Origin: Gammaproteobacteria bacterium | GTDB taxonomy: Bacteria; Pseudomonadota; Gammaproteobacteria; Ga0077536 | Length of the DNA: 64,000 bases | Assembly (NCBI GenBank): GCA_963662545.2 | Contig: CAXXLL010000003.1 | Span: forward strand, 2,080,001 to 2,144,000 | Direction of reading: 5' to 3' | Shown here: piece by piece, positions 41,129 to 50,861 of the stretch | Layout: each line of letters opens with the position of its first letter | Position numbering within the stretch: the first letter of the stretch is position 1 | Made by a program: the position numbers and the translations under genes | Notes under the pieces: generated by a model | What the model was told of the DNA's origin: nothing | Seen by the model: the letters and a program-made list of their open reading frames with translations, nothing else | Database searches by the model: none

Positions 41129-42088
41129 TCAATGCGCTAGATGACGTTTGTCCACCAGTTGCTCGTCGCCGGTCGGGGCCGCGGTCATGCGCCGCGTGAC
41201 GATCACGAACCGCCCGAAAAGTAGGCCGGCCGCCGTCCACAGTGCGCAGGTCAATCCGATCCAGATCCCGCGCTCTCCAAATTCGAAATAGATCCCGAGA
41301 CCATAGGCGAGCGTAAACCCCACGCCCCAGTAATTGATCGCGTTCAGGATCATCGGCACCTGTGTATCCTTGAGTCCGCGCAGGGCGAACGCGGCCGCAA
41401 CCTGAGTGGCGTCGCCGATCTGTAGCACTGCGGCGACCTTAAACAACATGATCGCTAGCGCGACGATTTGTGGGTCACTGACATAAGCGCGGGTGATGGT
41501 CTCGGCGAAGACGAACGTGGTGACGCCGAAAAAAAGCGAAATCGACGTACACAGTGCAATGCCTGTGAAACCAATGCGGATCGCGCCGGAAACGTCCTGC
41601 CGGCCGACCGCCTGCCCGACAACGACTGTGATGGCCATGCCCAACCCGAGCGGAATCATGAATACCAATCCCGAATAGTTGAGCACGACTTGATGGGCGG
41701 CGAGCGCGGTGGTGCCGAGCGTGCCCATCAACAGCGCCACGACCGTGAATAATCCGGATTGCATGGAAAGCGATAAACCGATCGGGAGACCGAGGACGAC
41801 CAGCCGCCTCAGCGCAACCGGATCCGGCGGTTCAAGGCCACGCCAGATGTCGAACCGCCGATAATGCGGTGAACGCGAGGTATACAGCGCCAGCATGATG
41901 AACATCAGCCAGAAACTGATGCCGTTGCCGAGTCCGCAGCCGACCGCCCCTAGCGGTTCCGCACCGAAGCGGCCGTACATAAAGGAATAATTCATGAGGA
42001 TATTGATCGGCAAAGCAACACCCATAACGGCCATGATAGGTACCGTGCGACCGACCCCTTCGCTCATCTGTTTAAGCGTGTGCTCCAA
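41129..42088 (-). pseudogene. MATE efflux transporter (NorM-like), N-terminal third missing
   Basis: LGLPIG, LAAHQV, FMIPLGLG, VGQAVG, LRGLKDT; 5' end abuts a transposase fragment. Confidence 0.85.
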
Positions 42089-42280
42089 CCCCGAGTAGGG
42101 CCACCGCCCGTTTCATGTTGTACGCCAGCACGTGCAAACTCATTTCCGTATCCACGTTCTTCAGCGTCTTCATCTGGAAGTGTGTCGAGCCCATCCAGGA
42201 TTTCAGCTTGCCGAAGGGATGTTCGACGGTCTGTCGTCGAACGCGCATGCGCTCAGGCTCTTTATCCAACCTGAGCCGTC
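42085..42280 (-). mobile_element. IS1182-family transposase C-terminal fragment
   Basis: MRVRRQTVEHPFGKLKSWMGSTHFQMKTLKNVDTEMSLHVLAYNMKR. Confidence 0.85.
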
Positions 42281-42731
42281 GAGCCCCCAGCCATTCGGTT
42301 GCCGCCCTACCGGGCGCCGCCCCAGTGGGGCTGTTCGACTGAGCCGGATGACCCAACGATGACGACTCGGGGCTGCGACACCAGCGGCGCGGCCACGGTG
42401 GCGGCTGGCCTGTGGGCCGGCGCCACGGCGAACCGTGCACAGGCGAACCCGTGGCCGGGGTAGATTCGGGCGCCGGAATACCGGTTTGAGGGCGTTCGCG
42501 GGTCAGACCGGCCACCGACAAACGTGACGACGGGATGCTGCTGGACGAAAAGCCTGTTTATACTGCTTATAAGCAGGTGTTATTTGACTCGACGCGGTAC
42601 CAAAAACGTTAGTAGGCACTAACATTATTCGCCTATACGCATTGCAGCCGCTCGGCATTGACGGGCGGCGTGAGCGGCCCCCGCGGCGCAACGAAAACAG
42701 CACGAAACGACACAGGACCCCCGCGCATTCC

Positions 42732-43214
42732 ATGGACATACAAGGTGAATACCACATAGCGGCGCCACCCGCCGAGGTCTGGCAACGGCTCATCGACCCC
42801 GACGTGCTGTCGGCCTGCATACCCGGATGCGAGTCGATGACGAGGGCGTCGGAGGATGCCTATGACTGCGTCGTCACGGCGAAGTACGGCCCCGTCAAGG
42901 CGAAATTCAAGACCACCCTGACCTTGTCGAACATCAACGCGCCCGTGTCCTACACTTTGAGCGGGCGCGGCCAGGGCGGCGCGGCAGGGTTCGGAGAAGG
43001 CGTTGCCGACGTCATGCTCGAGGAAACCGGGGACGGAACGGTGTTGCGCTACACCGCCAAGTTCAATGCGGGCGGGCGCATCGCGCAGGTCGGATCGCGT
43101 CTGATCGTGGCGGTAACGCGCAAGCTCGCCGACAAGTTTTTCGCGGCCTTTTCATCGGGCTTCGATGCCGCGGCGGACGACGCGTCCGCGTTCATGACTT
43201 CCACGGTGTTCTGA
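42732..43214 (+). CDS. coxG: CoxG/SRPBCC family protein
   Basis: VWQRLIDPDVLSACIPGCE, GPVKAKF, GQGGAAGF, GRIAQVGSRLI. Confidence 0.88.
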   Translation: MDIQGEYHIAAPPAEVWQRLIDPDVLSACIPGCESMTRASEDAYDCVVTAKYGPVKAKFKTTLTLSNINAPVSYTLSGRGQGGAAGFGEGVADVMLEETGDGTVLRYTAKFNAGGRIAQVGSRLIVAVTRKLADKFFAAFSSGFDAAADDASAFMTSTVF

Positions 43215-43330
43215 GTGATGCCAGACTATTCATAAGATTCAATCTGTTCGGTTGACTCTGGTAGCTTGACGGTTCTACCAAGTGCTACTACATTCCCACT
43301 CGTTGTGTGGGATCGAATGAGGGTACGACT

Positions 43331-44521
43331 GTGGCAGCCAGACTGACGGCGAGGTTCTCGGCGACGGTGACGAAGCCCGGCCGGCACGGCGACGGCAATG
43401 GCCTGTATCTGCTGATCAAGCCGAGCGGCACGAAGTCTTGGGTTTTGCGAACTGTCGTGCACGGGCGCCGATGCGACATCGGACTGGGCGGCTATCCACT
43501 GGTCTCGCTGGCCGAAGCCCGCACGGCGGCTTTCGAGCATCGCAAGCTGGCTCGTGCCGGTGGCGACCCGCTGGCACGCAAGCGGCGACGGGACATACCG
43601 ACCTTTGAAGAAGCCGCTCGCATGGTGATCGAAATCCACACACCGACGTGGCGCAAAGGCGGCAAGTCCGCGGAGCAATGGGAGTCCTCGTTGCGGCAAT
43701 ACGCCTTTCCGCGCCTCGGGGCCAAGTGCGTGGACACGATCACCACGGCGGACGTGATGGCCGTCCTGGTTCCGATCTGGACCGATAAGGCCGAGACTGC
43801 CCGCCGTGTTCGCCAACGTATAAGCGCGGTTATGAAATTGGCGGTCGCGCAAGGGTATCGCGCCGACAATCCCGCCGGCGAGGCAATTGCGGCCGCGTTG
43901 CCGAGAGTCGGCGGCACACCCCGGCATTTTCGAGCGGTTCATCACGCCGAGGCCGGCGATGTGGTCCGGGCGGTCAGGGAATCGCAGGGCTCGCTTGCGG
44001 CACGGCTGGCGTTCGAGTTCCTGGTTCTGACCGCGGCGCGCTCTGGGGAGGTACGGGGCGCTATGTGGTCCGAGTTCGACCTCAAGGCGGCGGTATGGAC
44101 GATACCCGGCGAGCGGATGAAGGGCGGACGCGCGCATCGCGTTCCGCTATCGGACCGGGCGCTGTCGCTTCTAGACGAGGCGCGGGCGCTCGATGACGGA
44201 AGCGGTTTGGTGTTTCCGTCGCCGACCGGGCGCAAGCCGATGTCCAATTCTATGCTTTCCAAGCCGTTGCGCGAACTCGGTATCGATGCCGTTCCGCACG
44301 GTTTCCGTTCCACCTTCCGGGACTGGTGTTCGGAGTCCGCGCAGGTGCCCCGGGATGTTGCCGAAGCCTGCCTTGCCCACGTCGTGAAGGGTGTCGAGGG
44401 CGCCTATGCCCGCTCGGACTTGCTGGACCGCCGCCGCACTCTGATGGCGCGGTGGGCCGCGTATCTAAATCCCGAGCCGGCAACTGTGGTGTCGCTTGAC
44501 GTGCGGCGGACGACAAGTTGA
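43331..44521 (+). CDS. P4-family tyrosine integrase
   Basis: Arm-binding HGDGNGLYL...GLGGYPLVSLAEAR; TAARSGEVR, HRVPL, PHGFRSTFRDW, LAH...AYARS. Confidence 0.96.
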   Translation: MAARLTARFSATVTKPGRHGDGNGLYLLIKPSGTKSWVLRTVVHGRRCDIGLGGYPLVSLAEARTAAFEHRKLARAGGDPLARKRRRDIPTFEEAARMVIEIHTPTWRKGGKSAEQWESSLRQYAFPRLGAKCVDTITTADVMAVLVPIWTDKAETARRVRQRISAVMKLAVAQGYRADNPAGEAIAAALPRVGGTPRHFRAVHHAEAGDVVRAVRESQGSLAARLAFEFLVLTAARSGEVRGAMWSEFDLKAAVWTIPGERMKGGRAHRVPLSDRALSLLDEARALDDGSGLVFPSPTGRKPMSNSMLSKPLRELGIDAVPHGFRSTFRDWCSESAQVPRDVAEACLAHVVKGVEGAYARSDLLDRRRTLMARWAAYLNPEPATVVSLDVRRTTS

Positions 44522-44667
44522 CGCGGTGGGCAGCGATTACCACCCTCTCCCCGGGTGGGAGGACTTTAACGAATGCCGCACGACGGTCCCGGTGCCGGCG
44601 ACTCCGGGCGAACCTGCGGTGAGGCCTGAGCCGTTGCGCCCATTGCCTCCGGCAAAACCGCGCAGAC

Positions 44668-45576
44668 GTGAACAAACCTAACACACCGGACACGAGCGTG
44701 CCGGCAGCGGGTGCGGATTTGGATAGGTTCCTGCTCAAGATAACCGGCTTCGCGGCCTTGACGGATTTGTTCTGTACGGGCATGTCCGAGACCGAATCCG
44801 AAAGGCTATGTTGGGACGCCCAACATTTCGCCTTTCTGGCTTCTAATTACCGAGAGCGTTTCGAGAATGACAAAATCATCCTAAGGCATGACGAAGCCGT
44901 GGAGGCCTACCGACTCTTATCACCGCTTATACGCGCGTCACAGGACCCAATTGTTTATAGCCGGATGATGGTTTCCCGGCTTCTCGATACCGGAGGCTTG
45001 GCCCTTGACCCTGGCGCCGTAGAGACGCTTCTCCACGAGCATGAGGATGATGCCTGTTTCGAGGGCAAAGAGGCTTGGGACAGATATATAACCCACGAAG
45101 CACTCCTCCTCTCCGTGGAGCGCATAGACCGCAAGGAGCGCACCGAAGCGATCGATCCCGATTGGCGCTGGTTGCGCGATCAGTGCCGAGACGTACTTGA
45201 ACGCCGGCCCGTCACTCGCCCACGCGGCGGGAGGCTCGATCCGCGCATTCGCGAACTGCGCGACGCGCTGGTGAGCGCGTACTTGCAATTGTTCGACGGC
45301 TGCGGGCTTACCGTCACTTCCCGGAACGGTGTCTCACTTGCTAGCGCGATGGCAGAGGCGACGGACATCCCCGAAACCACCATCGACAGCATTTGGCGGC
45401 GCGCTGGCGCTGGGGTTGGAGCATTTCCACCGTATCGTGACGATATGCACTCACGGGAGCGATTCGTTACGTGCGCCGGTTGCGGCGCCCTGGTGTCGAA
45501 GATTGACGCAGGACTCGACTTTGAGTCTGGGCGAGGCGAGCCGCGCTGCGAGTCGTGCCGCGGCCTTCGGGAATAG
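44668..45576 (+). CDS. Hypothetical protein with C-terminal Cys4 motif
   Basis: Long ORF between integrase and alpA; CAGC...CESC. Confidence 0.6.
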   Translation: MNKPNTPDTSVPAAGADLDRFLLKITGFAALTDLFCTGMSETESERLCWDAQHFAFLASNYRERFENDKIILRHDEAVEAYRLLSPLIRASQDPIVYSRMMVSRLLDTGGLALDPGAVETLLHEHEDDACFEGKEAWDRYITHEALLLSVERIDRKERTEAIDPDWRWLRDQCRDVLERRPVTRPRGGRLDPRIRELRDALVSAYLQLFDGCGLTVTSRNGVSLASAMAEATDIPETTIDSIWRRAGAGVGAFPPYRDDMHSRERFVTCAGCGALVSKIDAGLDFESGRGEPRCESCRGLRE

Positions 45577-45673
45577 CACGACCAATTTTATTCTTCGTAC
45601 CGCGAGCCGCGGTTCTTCTGTAATCCTCTCGAGCTAAGCCGGTACTTGACCGGTCTGAACGAGGATTTCAAAG

Positions 45674-45916
45674 ATGAACAGATTGTTGCGGCGCCCCGAA
45701 GTCGAATCGATCACCGGACTGTCGAGGGCGAGCATCTACGCCAAGATGCAGAAGGGCGAATTCTCCGCACCGGTGCGACTCGGCACCAACTCCGTCGCAT
45801 GGCGTGCGGCCGACATCAAGACATGGATTGACGCCCTGCCCCCAGCGAGGTTGGGGAGATCTAGCCGTACAACATCCCGTGCGGCGGCTGGCCCAGAAAC
45901 GAGTACGCCGCGGTAG
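45674..45916 (+). CDS. alpA: AlpA-family regulator/excisionase
   Basis: RLLRRPEVESITGLSRASIY...GEF..PVRLG..SVAW....I..WI. Confidence 0.93.
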   Translation: MNRLLRRPEVESITGLSRASIYAKMQKGEFSAPVRLGTNSVAWRAADIKTWIDALPPARLGRSSRTTSRAAAGPETSTPR

Positions 45917-46045
45917 TGATCGGGGCGCGGGGATGTATCGGTGGGATGCGCAGGTTCGCCGGGAGCGGTGTCGAGAGCCAGCTCCGTCGGGCTCGATTCC
46001 CGAGTCGCCAACCCAACTCCGAACAACCGCAGGCAGGCCGTCACG

Positions 46046-47719
46046 GTGAGTGATTCTACGCTTACCGATTGGCTACCGGCACTTGAGCGTGTTACGGGAA
46101 AGGCGCCCCGGCGCTCTGGGGACGAGTACCGCTCTCCCTGCCCGGCGCACGGTGGTGAGGACGACAACCTGTCCGTGACGAAGCGCGACGGGCGGGTGCT
46201 GACAACCTGCCACTCGCACGGCTGCGCGCACGAGGATATCCGGGTGGCCACGTTCGGCGTAAACGGAACGACCTATCAGGACCGGGACCGACCCCCATAT
46301 GTGAGTCCCGGTCCCGACAGGCCCTGGAACTACTACAACGCTGACGGCTCGCTACATCTGACGGTCATTCGGTCGAATACTCCGCATGGGAAACGCATTC
46401 GTCGAGAGCCGAGCGGCGTAAAACCGCCGCACCCGATCTATGCCGTGCGTGAAGTCCTGGAACGTCAAGGTGACCCAGTCCTTGTCGTCGAGGGTGAGAA
46501 GGCTGCCGACGCAGCAGCGAAGCGATTCCCCGGGTACGTCGTGACGACATCGTGCGGCGGCTCGAAGCAAGCAAAGCAATCGGACTGGAAACCCGTCGCG
46601 GGCCGCGAGGTGGTGATCTGGCCGGACGCGGACGACCCGGGCCTAAAGTACGCCGCGGACGTCGCAGCGCTTACGCGGGAGGCTGGCGCGGCAGAGGTGC
46701 GGATCGTCGAGTTGCCGGTTGGTTTGCCAGAATCATGGGATCTGGCCGACGCAGTGCCGACCGGTACCGACATCGAGCTCATCCTCGAGAGCCGGCCGAT
46801 GCTTCCGGTGGTGAGCCTGGGCGAGCTGTACGCGGAGCCCGATGCAGAGGTGGATTGGCTCGTCGACGGCCTGCTGCCGTCAGACGGTATCTCCCTGCTG
46901 GTGGCGCCGCCGAAGGTCGGAAAGTCGACCTTGGTGCGGTGTCTAGCGGTAACGGTGGCGGACGGTCGGGGGTGGTGGCTCGGCAGGGCGGTGAAGGCCG
47001 GGACTGTGCTGCACTTGGCGCTCGAAGAACGGCGGTCCACGGTGCGCGACCACTACCGTAGTCTGAACGCCCCGGAAAACAGCATCTATGCGTTCGTCGG
47101 GATGGCGCCGGCACAAAAAGATCGGCTCCGGCTGTTGCGAGAAACGGTGCGCGCTATCCGGCCCGCGCTTGTCATCATCGATCCGCTGTTCAGGTACGCG
47201 CACATCCTGGACGGGAACAACTACGCTGAGACTGTGGAGAGGCTCGGTCCCTTTATCGACCTCGCCCGGAGTGAATCAACGCATGTCCTGCTCGTGCACC
47301 ATGCGCGCAAAGGAGGTGGCGAGCATGGCGCCGAATCGCTCGGCAGTACAGGCCTATGTGCGTCTGTCGATACCTTCATGGGTCTTTCTCGAAACGAAAC
47401 CACCCGAAATTTGTACGCATTCGGCCGCGATGGGGTTGAGATCGAGAAAACCGTGCTGCGCATGGACGAGGACGGATGGGTCACGGCGGCCGGGACGAAG
47501 CATCAAGCCGGCGTGCGCGACGTCATGCGCGAGGTCCTCGACTTCATTGGCGAAAGTCCAAAACCAGTGTCGGGGCCGGAGGTCAGGGAAGGGGTTTCGC
47601 GAGGTAAGCCGGTGGTTCGAGAAGCGCTCAAGAAGCTAGTGGCCGACGGCGACCTTGAGCAGACCGGCAATGGGCCAACGGTTCGGTATTCGGCTATCGG
47701 GACCAGGACTCACCCATAG
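46046..47719 (+). CDS. Primase-helicase: Zn-binding domain + TOPRIM + RecA-like AAA_25 (RepA-type)
   Basis: CPAH...CHSHGC; VVEGEKAAD, IWPDAD; APPKVGKST, LALEE, LVIIDP, LVHHARK. Confidence 0.9.
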   Translation: MSDSTLTDWLPALERVTGKAPRRSGDEYRSPCPAHGGEDDNLSVTKRDGRVLTTCHSHGCAHEDIRVATFGVNGTTYQDRDRPPYVSPGPDRPWNYYNADGSLHLTVIRSNTPHGKRIRREPSGVKPPHPIYAVREVLERQGDPVLVVEGEKAADAAAKRFPGYVVTTSCGGSKQAKQSDWKPVAGREVVIWPDADDPGLKYAADVAALTREAGAAEVRIVELPVGLPESWDLADAVPTGTDIELILESRPMLPVVSLGELYAEPDAEVDWLVDGLLPSDGISLLVAPPKVGKSTLVRCLAVTVADGRGWWLGRAVKAGTVLHLALEERRSTVRDHYRSLNAPENSIYAFVGMAPAQKDRLRLLRETVRAIRPALVIIDPLFRYAHILDGNNYAETVERLGPFIDLARSESTHVLLVHHARKGGGEHGAESLGSTGLCASVDTFMGLSRNETTRNLYAFGRDGVEIEKTVLRMDEDGWVTAAGTKHQAGVRDVMREVLDFIGESPKPVSGPEVREGVSRGKPVVREALKKLVADGDLEQTGNGPTVRYSAIGTRTHP

Positions 47720-47857
47720 AGAGCGGTCCCGGTCCCGATTCGGGGGAGAACATGTCATCAACGCATACATCGCAGCCTGCCGGCCAGCGTTCAGACGGGC
47801 GATGACGGCGGACTCCCCAGATGACTTAATGCAAGCTGTCATCAGGAGCAATCGATT

Positions 47858-48376
47858 ATGACGAAAAGGAAACTTGCCAAGGGAAAGGCACCGGCGACCG
47901 TCGTCGCCAACGATGGGGAAGACGGAAGAGGCGCGCTTGCGCGTGTCGGCGGCTCGCAGTCCAACGATTGGAACACCACCATCGCGAATCAAGCGTTGCA
48001 GACGCTGTGGTTGAACAACTCGGATGATGAGGAACGGGACCGCCAACTGCAGAGGGCCACGCTCGTCGCCTTGGCCGGCATCGGGCCGAAGGACGAATTG
48101 GAAGGCATGATGGCTGCACAGCTGCTCGCCGCACACAACACTGCGATGGAGTGCTACCGCCGGGCCATGCTCGAAGAACAGACCGTCGAGGGACGGCGCG
48201 AGAACCTCAATCAGGCGAACAAGCTCTCGCGTACTTGGGCGACACTGCTGGAGGCGCTCAACAAGCATCGCGGCAAGGGCCAGCAGAAGGTCACGGTCGA
48301 GCACGTCCATGTCCACCCTGGCGGGCAGGCCGTAGTCGGCAATGTCGAAAGACCGGGGGGTGGGGGTGAGGAGTAA
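47858..48376 (+). CDS. Conserved hypothetical protein (partner of the HGGxSTG protein)
   Basis: GPKDELEGMMAAQL..H, RGKGQQKVTVEHVHVHPGGQAVVGNV. Confidence 0.8.
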   Translation: MTKRKLAKGKAPATVVANDGEDGRGALARVGGSQSNDWNTTIANQALQTLWLNNSDDEERDRQLQRATLVALAGIGPKDELEGMMAAQLLAAHNTAMECYRRAMLEEQTVEGRRENLNQANKLSRTWATLLEALNKHRGKGQQKVTVEHVHVHPGGQAVVGNVERPGGGGEE

Positions 48377-48392
48377 TTGGAGGAACAACCCC

Positions 48393-48650
48393 ATGCAAAG
48401 CAGATTGGCGATGCACCGGAGTCCTCGATGTGGAGCCCGAACGAGAAAAGGCAACCCGTGCCGGTCGCCCGCGATGGCGAACGGCCGATGCCGGATGCAC
48501 GGGGGCACGTCCCCCGGCGCACCGCGGGGTAACGACAACGCCCTGAAGCACGGTCGCTACACAGCCACTGCCATCGCAGAACGGCGGAAACTGGTGGCAC
48601 TCATCCGTTCCATACGCAAGTTAGTGGTGGAGGTGAACGGGTCCGATTGA
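48393..48650 (+). CDS. HGGxSTG-domain small Zn-binding protein
   Basis: CGARTRKGNPCRSPAMANGRCRMHGGTSPGAPRGN.NALKHGRY; GGAGG RBS. Confidence 0.88.
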   Translation: MQSRLAMHRSPRCGARTRKGNPCRSPAMANGRCRMHGGTSPGAPRGNDNALKHGRYTATAIAERRKLVALIRSIRKLVVEVNGSD

Positions 48651-48751
48651 GACCGCGGTCGGCGCTTACGGGTCCTTCCGGTTTGATCTTCAAGCGGGGC
48701 CCATGAGGACATGTGAAACCGGACCGCGAGTGGCGATGTTTGCCAGCGCCG

Positions 48752-49018
48752 CTAATGCTCACAGGCGTACGAAGATGCAGGAGCGAGCCCGGACTCCGAA
48801 GCGCAATCGACCCCGAACGTTGCAAGTCTAGCATCGGCTGACTGTCTGGCTGGCCCTGATTCGCCAAGCAGCGTGTAGAGATCTTTCTCGACCATTAGGT
48901 TCTTCGGGGTCGTGGCAAACACACCGCGGGCCGGGTTCGACTTCACGAAGCCGTAGATCTTCCCACTTGAATCCCGGAAGTTCCGTAATAGCCATTGTGG
49001 AATGTAGTGATGCCGCAC
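48752..49018 (-). pseudogene. DUF4238 N-terminal fragment
   Basis: RHHYIPQWLLRNF...EKDLYT, then similarity is lost. Confidence 0.75.
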
Positions 49019-49344
49019 GTTCCCGTCTTCACTTGAGACAAGATTAGTCTGATGTTCTCACGCGGGTTAGTCGAGCACCGGTAAGAGTTTATCCGTCACC
49101 CACGAGTCAGCATCTTCGATCTCAGCAATACGTGCCGCCCGGTCGTACCTTGCAGAGTTGGCAGCCCCGTACCTTCGACGGTGAGACGAACCGCATGATT
49201 GTGTCTGCCTCTGGCCATTAGTTCCCGTTCTTCTCGTTCATCATCTCGATGAGCCCACCCTCGGCTGCCCGCAGCAGTTCGAAGATCATGCCTTCATCGA
49301 AGGCTCGCGCCCGAGTGTTAGGCCGATTCGTCATAAGCGTTGAT

Positions 49345-49534
49345 TCTCGTGGTAAAAGCTTGATTGGCCAACGCCGAAGTATCTGCAGGTTCTCGCCACA
49401 TGCCTGTCTTTTCAGCGTGGCGCAGTACTTTGAGCTTGCGCTGAATGTCATGTGCATCGTTGATCATTCGCTCCATCCTGCTTTCTGCCAATCGGCAGCA
49501 AGCAGGATGCCCCGCAAGTCCGTACAGTGCTACA
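49345..49534 (-). mobile_element. IS481-family left-end relic
   Basis: TGT terminus; DIQRKLKVLRHAEKTG / HVARTCRYFGVGQSSFY across a frameshift. Confidence 0.75.
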
Positions 49535-49771
49535 GTCACTAACGGCGGCGGTGTACACATAGATTCACCGTCGGACCCACTGCGACAATGCGCAGTTGCT
49601 GAGATGCTTGTGACCTGCTCGGGGGCTTACCGCCCTACCACGAGCACGTTGCCCTTGGACGCAAGTTCAATCGGGGGAAAGCCCAACCCTTTGCTAATAC
49701 TGCCCGACGAGTAGCAGCGATGTTGCAAGCCACGGAAACTGCTAAGTTCCGGAAACGGAGAGATATACGAC

Positions 49772-50638
49772 GTGAAACATCACTTCATACCTCAATTCTT
49801 ACTGAAAGCCTGGGCCGACACGACGGAGGACGCAAAGCTTGAGGTCTTTCGACTTGACTTGCCAAATTTTCCATCCTCTCGGTGGATGCCCGAATACACT
49901 GCATACGAAGACAACCTTTACACGTTGACTAAACCTGTAGTGGCCGGTGTTGAGCAACAAGCCATCGAGACAGACTTCCTACAGCGCGTTGATAGTGACG
50001 GTGCAATGGTGCTGCACAAGTTAAGCACTATGGGTCTCTCCAACCTGAGTCCTCAGGAATTAGGTGTTTGGGCTTACTTCATAGAATCGCTTTTGTTTCG
50101 CACTCCAGACGCTGCTTCATGGCTCCGCGCTAAGGCACCCAATAATCTAAGAGCCTCTTTGAATGAACGGCCGGAGGAGTACGATGCGATAGCGGCAACT
50201 TGCGACCCACCGACGCTCGCAGACTTTGTTGAAGAGAATTTCCCAGGATACATTGAAAATTACGGAATCATGTCTTTAGGTAAATTGGTCTGCGATCAAG
50301 AGCGCGTCGAGAAGATACTACACATGAGATGGTGGTTATGGGATTTTAGTGGGCAAAAAAACCATTTGTTTCTTGCAGATCGGCCCTGCATTTTCACGGC
50401 AAACATCGACGATCCCGACTTGATCGTTGCGCTACCCATCGGTCCATGGAAGGCGTTTATGGCTACCAAGACGGAAGGGGTTGCAAGCGCGGTCAGACAG
50501 CAACGCCGACAGGACTTGCTAATGCAGATAAACGAGAGTTCGATCGGGCAAGCGAAGCAACGTGTTTACGCACGTGACGCGTCTACACGCCGTTTCATTT
50601 CCAATCGCTTGGCCAATCAAACGTCGGTGCGGCGTTGA
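49772..50638 (+). CDS. DUF4238 domain protein (candidate anti-phage gene)
   Basis: KHHFIPQFLLKAW, YEDNLYT, FLADRP, LPIGP. Confidence 0.85.
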   Translation: MKHHFIPQFLLKAWADTTEDAKLEVFRLDLPNFPSSRWMPEYTAYEDNLYTLTKPVVAGVEQQAIETDFLQRVDSDGAMVLHKLSTMGLSNLSPQELGVWAYFIESLLFRTPDAASWLRAKAPNNLRASLNERPEEYDAIAATCDPPTLADFVEENFPGYIENYGIMSLGKLVCDQERVEKILHMRWWLWDFSGQKNHLFLADRPCIFTANIDDPDLIVALPIGPWKAFMATKTEGVASAVRQQRRQDLLMQINESSIGQAKQRVYARDASTRRFISNRLANQTSVRR

Positions 50639-50861
50639 CGTGGAGACGGGCCAATGAAGGCGTCATTTGCGCCTTTACGGTTGTCGGTAGTCCGAAGGAA
50701 AAAGGCGAAGCGATGCATTGATGCTGTATTCCAGCATGTGCACTCGGAACGGAAACGAAAGAGAGTTGAGCCTTGATGTGGTCGTCATTGCAATTCCTAA
50801 ATCGCTACGGAGTGGATAATTGTCGACTGCCCACATAGGGGCAGAAGCATTGCCATCGGTC

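Noticed and set aside
42300-42530. GC-rich hairpin region as 6S RNA, riboswitch or ribozyme
   Set aside because: No recognisable consensus; better explained as gene debris
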